The notes under the pieces are model-generated. The model saw only the letters and a program-made list of their open reading frames with translations, did not search any database and was not told where the DNA came from. This document shows, in pieces, positions 57,601 through 64,000 of a DNA stretch of 64,000 nucleotides (position 1 is the first letter of the stretch; each line of letters opens with the position of its first letter). The DNA comes from Veleropilina oligotropha (taxonomy: Eukaryota), in NCBI GenBank assembly GCA_048128005.1, contig JBEUKZ010000132.1:124001-188000 (forward strand), given 5' to 3'. Both the position numbers and the translations under genes were made by a program.

Positions 57601-60600
57601 ATTAAGTAACAGAAACATATTCATTGTTTATCATTTTATTAAACGATATTATTCGATTAGAACCCCATAGCAACAGGCTAGTTCTGACTAATGTATTTAT
57701 GTAACTTTAATATTAGGAATCGTACAACAAAGAACGGCGGAAACAAACGAACGTATCAACTTCCTTGCTATAGTTCTCGTTCTACAGATTACATTTATTC
57801 AACAGTATTACAAAGAGCCTCGTTGTCGCGCAAGTTCCACTACTGGTTCACTGCATAAATGACCTCCATTGATAACACAACAGTGTCCATTTTAATGACA
57901 AAAGACGATTAGCTTTCTCGCTACTGGCAAGTAACACTACAGTATATTATGCCTAGTACTTTATTAAGTAACAATAATGAATTATGGAATAAACATAACA
58001 AATGCATTTGTAATCCTATTAATTACTTTATTTGAAGTACCAATTCACATTTTACACTCACGTGACGAGGAGGAGGAATTATGCTTAATGTCCTGTATAT
58101 TTATAACATCGAGGTTCAAGGCAGGACATGTCCGTGTTATCGCGGGAGGAAACCCCGGTCGCCGGGTAAACCCGCCCTCTTCGGCCAGTCACGGACAACT
58201 GTGCTTCATAACTTGAACAAATGTGTGCTGCCTCAGCCGGGGGTCGATCCCACTACTGTTCGCGTCAGCGGAAACAAGCCAGTGAAGTTAGAGTGGACAC
58301 TCTACCCACTGCGCTACCGAAGCGGCCTCACTCACGTGACGACAATCGGAACACCAGTGTCATTACATTAATCCGATTACGATTTGTACAATGAACTTGC
58401 AACCTACTTAGATACTGGTCATTCTGCTAATAGTCATACTTCACAAACTGCAGTTGCGATAACAATGGGTAACAATCAGACAATTAACAGCCATACGAGG
58501 GCGTCAGATAACATTTAAGTAATTATAATTTGCATTGTTGTCAGTCTCGCTAATACTGCATTCGCGAAATTCGATTTTCGCTAAAATTACATGTCGTTAA
58601 TTGGTCCATTGTGACCAATTCGCTAAATTTTTATGCCTCTAATATATTATGGTTTACAGTAGTAGTTTATTCATATCAGCAAGCACAGATAATTACTGCA
58701 AAAGCAAAAGCTGGTTATTGCCAAAGCATCGCTTACCCTTAAAAGTTACAACTGTTAAATGTATAATTTAATGCCGGACACCAGCTTTGAAATTTCCATA
58801 ATTGTGCATATCAAATTTAAATATCGAATTATAAAAACCAATCACTTACTTCTTTCACCTTGTCAATTTATCCAGGTTAGAATATTAATTTATACGTAAC
58901 TTTATACCAAAATGGCAAGAAATGGTCCCTGGTTTGTAACCTTATTTCTACGGAAGCCTTGCTGAACTATATCGTATTCCTACCCTGCTTCCACAGCCAT
59001 CCCTCCTTGTCCGGATTGAAGAATGTCAGCATTAAGTCGTTGCCATCGTCTTCCGGGATTTTGAATGGTTCACTCTTTATGCTGTCATAAAGGCTCTGAA
59101 TTTGAAAAAAATATATATATACCAGACACTACAAAGTATGGCTCAAGACTCCAGATGGAGGTGGATGGACTCCAGATGGAGCTGGATGGATGTTCAGGAT
59201 CGGCATTGATCCAATTTTCAATTGAACACCATTAAGATTCAATGTCCTACCTGGACATGTCCATATGAAGACTTTGGATGCAAAAGGCGATATATCAATA
59301 TTTTCTATTTTCTATAATACACAAATTTCTATCTGGAATATTATATTGTGAAACAATCAAATGTCAAATACTAATGCCAATGATGAATAATGTAGTGCAT
59401 ACAACTGTGTATTTATTAAAAATCCCTCTTACTTATTTTATGGTCATTTTGATGATTTAGGTTGCATTTTTTCACAAAATGTGATACATCCAATGTGATA
59501 CATCCATACTCGAATATGTTATATTGTGCATTATAGACAAACTAGGAATAAAAAAAGATGCTTGTGTGACTGATACTGATTCCACTTTACTATGATTTAA
59601 CCCATGCAGTGTTCCAGTGTTAAGTTTGTTATTGATATCACAGGCTAGCTGATCTCGTCAAAAACATCCGCAATTTTTTATAACGTGACCACCGCCGACC
59701 AACGGACCAATGAAATAGCCGTATTTTGTATATATCGCATTCTGCATAAAAAGATCAATTGTATATATATATATATATCGGCTTTTGCAAAAAAAGGCGA
59801 AATTACAGGGGCGTTTTTAATGGTATATATCGCAGAATGCAAAACCATCGACGGACTAGTATTTAACTCTTGACAGGGGGATGTGATATATACCAATAAC
59901 TCAAATTTCTCCAATATGTCGTATATCGCGTTTTGCATCCAAACTCTTCATATTATCACTGGGAAAAAACCCAATCATTCCACAAAAGTGTTGGAGTGTA
60001 GGAATCAAAAGCACTCTAGATTTTTCAACCCATTAGCAATCTGTACATGATAATTTGGAGCTTTAACCCATTCAATGTAAACACGTTATATAATCACATT
60101 TTTAGATATACATTAAGCAAACTGAATATGGCGATGGTGGATATGGTTGGTGTTTATGCGATTAATTGGTGAAAGATTTGGAAAACATGAGAACTCTTAA
60201 TATATATTATATTATATAAGAACTGGGTCAGATGGTCTGACTACTGAAAGGCAGACGACTAATCATCTCTCTGCTCCTAAAATTTAGTGCTGTGCAACAT
60301 GACGGAACAGTTGGTCGACGGCTTACCATCAGTAATGGAGCCGGGAGGTCTCCTCCATCGTTTATGCCGCGATTCATCAGAATGAATCTTTCTACCGTCG
60401 GCTTGTCCTTTACGCTTGGATTATGTAGACTGGTGGCCAGCATAATGATAGCAAAGGACAGGACATATGCTGTATCTAAAACGATATCAGGAATTAACAA
60501 AATGAACATCAACATGCAAAGGAATGGACTGAAGGAATGCCTGTCAATATATGACTTTTGAAAGTCTTTGCATGAGGTATAATTTGGATGAAAATCCTTT

Positions 60601-63241
60601 TTAAAAGGTTGAATGGATTGTCTGTGCACCATTCACCTATTAACTGTCATACCGTGTGATTGTAATGTTACATCATTTCTTTATTAAATGAACTTTTTCT
60701 TTTTTGTTTTATTTGATTTTGGGTATTTTTGAGTATAAAACTCTTTAGGCCATGTTCATTATATGCCAGCAAAATATAAAAAATATCCAGGGAAAATCAC
60801 CATTCTGTGCCTTTTGGGGATTATAATACCCACATCTGATCATTCGAACATATCCTCAACTCAGAATTTAGCCCAGATCTTTCTACCAGAGCAGTGCGTA
60901 CCCATACCATAGTCATGCACTTATTGAAATCGTAGAATGATTTGTTTTATATTATCAAAATTAAAAGTCTACCTGTGTTCTTGAATACGCCAGGGTTAAG
61001 GTCACAGTAGCGTTGGGCGAAGCACTCCATCATTCGATCGATCTTCTGTGCTTCTCCGGGCAGACGAAAGCTCCAGAGAAATTGTCTGCAAAATACAAGA
61101 ACGAAGCGTTCGGAATATGTCTTGACCATTTCATTATTGTGATTATTTTCAGAACAATAAGAATGTGTTTATTGTGATCAAAATTCATTTAAATCAAAAT
61201 TCAAAAGATTTATAATTCGGGAAATATTTATATATACGAAGCATATTAATACGTAATTTTGGCTATTGTTGCACATAAATAGAGGATCTCAAACGAGTGT
61301 CCATTTCATATGAGAATTGTGAAACGAGTCGGGCACAATTTATATACAGAGCCTTGGCGAGGTACATAAATTTGCTGACGAGTTTCATAATTCTCATATG
61401 AAATGGAAACAAGTTTGATATCTTCTTTATCACATGACTTTATTTACCTTTAAACTTATTTTAGTGAGTTTTTAAACCCATTTCTTTACGTCTTAAAATT
61501 AATTTCTGTCAGTACTTTCAGCCATAAATTGCCATTGCCTCAGACGCATCACGGCTCAAAAGTACGCTCCACGCCAGTACGCCAATAAAAAATTGTTCGA
61601 CATCTGTGTTTTGTCAGTAATCGACTAGTCAACGCATATGAATTATGTAATATGTCAATTATGGTGGTGCGCCACCTAATCAATTTCTCGCCTGATGCGA
61701 TAGAAGATGCATGTAAAGTGTGATCATACTGAATTTATGAAATGGGCTTAGGCATTGCATAACAGCTTTCCATGTGATAAACTGGCCCATTAATACATGC
61801 ATGAGTGCAATTATACGGAGAAATGACATCGCATCGTTCATGTAGTTATAATTTATATCTTTGCAACTAAAACCATAACAAGGAAAACATTTAAACTGTG
61901 TTTATTTCATAATTTGTCTAGTTCTTGGACCTGGGGAAAGCTTATCATTTTTGTTTTGCATGATGTTTAGAGTTGAAGATAATATATGATGTCATAATGT
62001 CGTAGCTATGGTTATGACATTTATCCAACACGACGTCAAATGACATCATTGAATTTCAGTCAAAATCTCTGTATACTTATATAGCAATTATGCATAAAAA
62101 TGCCAAATACATACATAATTTATAAAAAAAATGATCACGAAAGTTATATACACGACCTACAAATAAACAAAGGAGTACACTTACCGATAGTTTTCAAAAT
62201 AATCGACGGATATATATATATATATATATGTATATATTACACACGGACAATTTGATAATTGTATTGTCCTTTTTTACAAAAAGGTCAAAACATAAAAATT
62301 TCTATTCTAGGTTTCAAACAGGAAGATGCTGTAATTTTTACATCAACTTAGGAATTTGCCCGATCACTATTCGGACGAGTCTTTCTTGGTTCATTAATAT
62401 ATCGGTCTACCTTATTTGCTAACAATACATTTTAAAGTGTTTGTATCAGTTTCTTTCATCAGCATGCTTGTCATTGTGTGGTAGCCAAGTCGTAAATTGC
62501 TGGTTTTCTAAGTCCAAATAATGGTACGTAAGAGAATAAATAGTTATAGCAATTTTATTAACATCACATGGGAAATAAACAACTAGCAAATTATTGACCA
62601 CGCAAGGGGGAGTATCCCCTCCAACAGAAACAATCTTGAATCCGAAAACGTTAAAAATGGTTAGGCGATGTGATCTCATCAAAACTAACGTCACGTGGAT
62701 ACCGAATTTGAATCAAATTGGATTAGACCTTTCACTGTAGAGCGCACGCTATAAATCGCTTCAAACAAAATGGCTGCCAGGCGGTCATCTTAAATCCGAA
62801 AATCGTTAAACATTGTATCCTCATCATACCCAAGGTGGTGTATCAAATCAGATAAGAACTGTTCACTGTAGAGCGCATACAAGAAATCTCTTCAAACAAA
62901 ATGGCCGCCATATATAACGACCATCTTGAATCCGAAAATGACGAAAATCGTAAGTCGGGGTGTCCTCGTCATCACTCAAGTGCATACCAAATTAGAATGA
63001 AATCGGATTAGAACTTTTCAAGAAATCTCTGCAGCGGATGCGGTGGCTGTAGGATGTCAAGTCAAGTAATCTTTATTTAACGTCGTTATTTGGTTACAAT
63101 AAGACAACACTAAACCATAATGTCCCCGACTATTGTCCGGGGATAAAAATATCATCATACCTGAGCGCTTGCACTAATATCATGTCACTAAACTCGTGTA
63201 GATTCACAAACTCTTTTAAAACTGCTATGTTGAAATCGTTT
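45673..63241 (-). CDS. CYTH: Cytohesin (Sec7-PH Arf GEF), 3' coding exons: 63241-63161, 61085-60973, 60475-60327, 59095-58984, 51962-51886, 50562-50406, 50130-50061, 45742-45673; 5' exons lie beyond the window
   Basis: GT-AG exons join in frame: ...[26 protein letters not shown]...|[25 protein letters not shown]...|[75 protein letters not shown]...[26 protein letters not shown]...[28 protein letters not shown]. Confidence 0.95.
46200..46640 (+). mobile_element. Helentron/HINE-like non-autonomous repeat (related copies ~47418-47830 and ~62030-62297)
   Basis: Shared start ACAAGAACGACGCGTTCGAAATATGTCTTGAC (46200 and 47418 copies), internal (TA)n, 3' hairpin TTGTCCTTTTTTACAAAAAGGTCAA. Confidence 0.65.
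48040..49435 (+). mobile_element. Helentron/HINE-like repeat with internal ~420-bp duplication and 3' hairpin
   Basis: 48220-48530 is duplicated at 48635-48935; TGACCTTGACCTTTGA motifs; terminal hairpin AACCCCAGCCTTTTTTTAGGCTGGGGTT. Confidence 0.5.
56418..56655 (-). mobile_element. tRNA-derived SINE family A (older subfamily)
   Basis: Homologous to the 40108 copy; TSD GGTCTTTGTAAAGA at 56404 and 56656. Confidence 0.85.
58069..58328 (-). mobile_element. tRNA-derived SINE family A, full length
   Basis: A box TAGCGCAGTGG, B-box-like GGGATCGACCCC, (TCC)n tail; 14-bp TSD CACTCACGTGACGA at 58055 and 58329. Confidence 0.88.
61279..61780 (+). repeat. Dispersed ~500-bp non-autonomous DNA repeat, copy 2 (intronic)
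   Basis: Inverted relative of 11928-12443; ends TAGAGGAT...TGTGATAAA. Confidence 0.8.
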
Positions 63242-64000
63242 CTAAAAAGACAAAGAATAAAAATATATATATAATCAAACTGTATAGCACATTTGAAAAA
63301 TGTACAAACATGAAAATATTCATTCAGCATACGTAGCATTGAACCTGCCGAAAGCTACATAATGACAGTCACAAAGTAAACTAGCAAATTCGAAAAACTA
63401 AGGAAAACAGTCCACAACTAGAGGGGCTATATCCCGTTCAAGGTCAGCCATCGTTAATGCAAAAACCACAAGTGATTGCCGCTAAGTGGCGATTGTTCCC
63501 CACCCATATTATTGACCGCAATGATAATTCATTAATTAAGAAAGATTTCCTGCCACCAGATGCTAAAGAGATATATATGCACACACAGACTATTAAAGTG
63601 TAAATATACTTCAAGTAAATTAAATAATTCTCATTATTCAAACTTTATCCATCCCATTATGTGGATAGTTGATATGTGAAGCTTCATAAAGCTAACATTT
63701 CTCTAAATGGAAAATTTAGTTGAGAGAAAATTGATAAATTTCATACATCGAAAGACTATGTTTTAAATCAGCAAAAGTCAGCAATAAATCAAGGTTTCAA
63801 AAAATCCCCAATATTTGAAACTGATCTACCCCATGATGGGGTTAATTGATCTGGAAAGTTTCGGAAAGCTAGCATCTCTGTAAATGAAATAACTGCATGT
63901 GACAATATTGACCACATCCATGCATGCAGAGACTTTTAATGTACAAAATCGCCAAAAAGCCCAAATTAAAAAAAAACACCCTCTTAGACCAGTTATCGAC

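Overview
AT-rich animal genomic DNA with spliceosomal introns and many SINEs, MITEs and LINE fragments, probably from an invertebrate (possibly a lophotrochozoan; this is inference). Two host genes lie on the minus strand. One is a large exon of a class C (mGluR-like) GPCR (3476-5575). The other is the 3' eight coding exons of a cytohesin Arf-GEF (45673-63241). The centre is a three-level nest. A decayed CR1/L2-type LINE is split by a 4.2-kb hAT transposon (15072-34561; 16-bp TIRs, 5-bp TSD GTAAG, open transposase ORF). The hAT is in turn split by a complete, visibly GC-rich 15,285-bp endogenous Polinton/Maverick-like virus (15539-30823; AG...CT termini, ~178-bp TIRs, 5-bp TSD AGCTG). The virus encodes an rve integrase, an A32-like packaging ATPase, and putative major and minor capsid proteins. 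It is unusual in five ways. (1) Its 1225-aa replicase appears to fuse a vOTU-like region, a degenerate exonuclease-less protein-primed PolB, an SF1B helicase and an HNH nuclease. (2) It has no recognisable adenain protease. (3) About eight ORFs are membrane-associated or secreted, one starting with tandem PSAP and LYPxL late-domain-like motifs. (4) A 53-aa (KAPA)n histone-H1-like ORF is missed by the ORF track. (5) The left TIR has one extra terminal repeat unit. All family assignments come from motif recognition by eye, not database searches.
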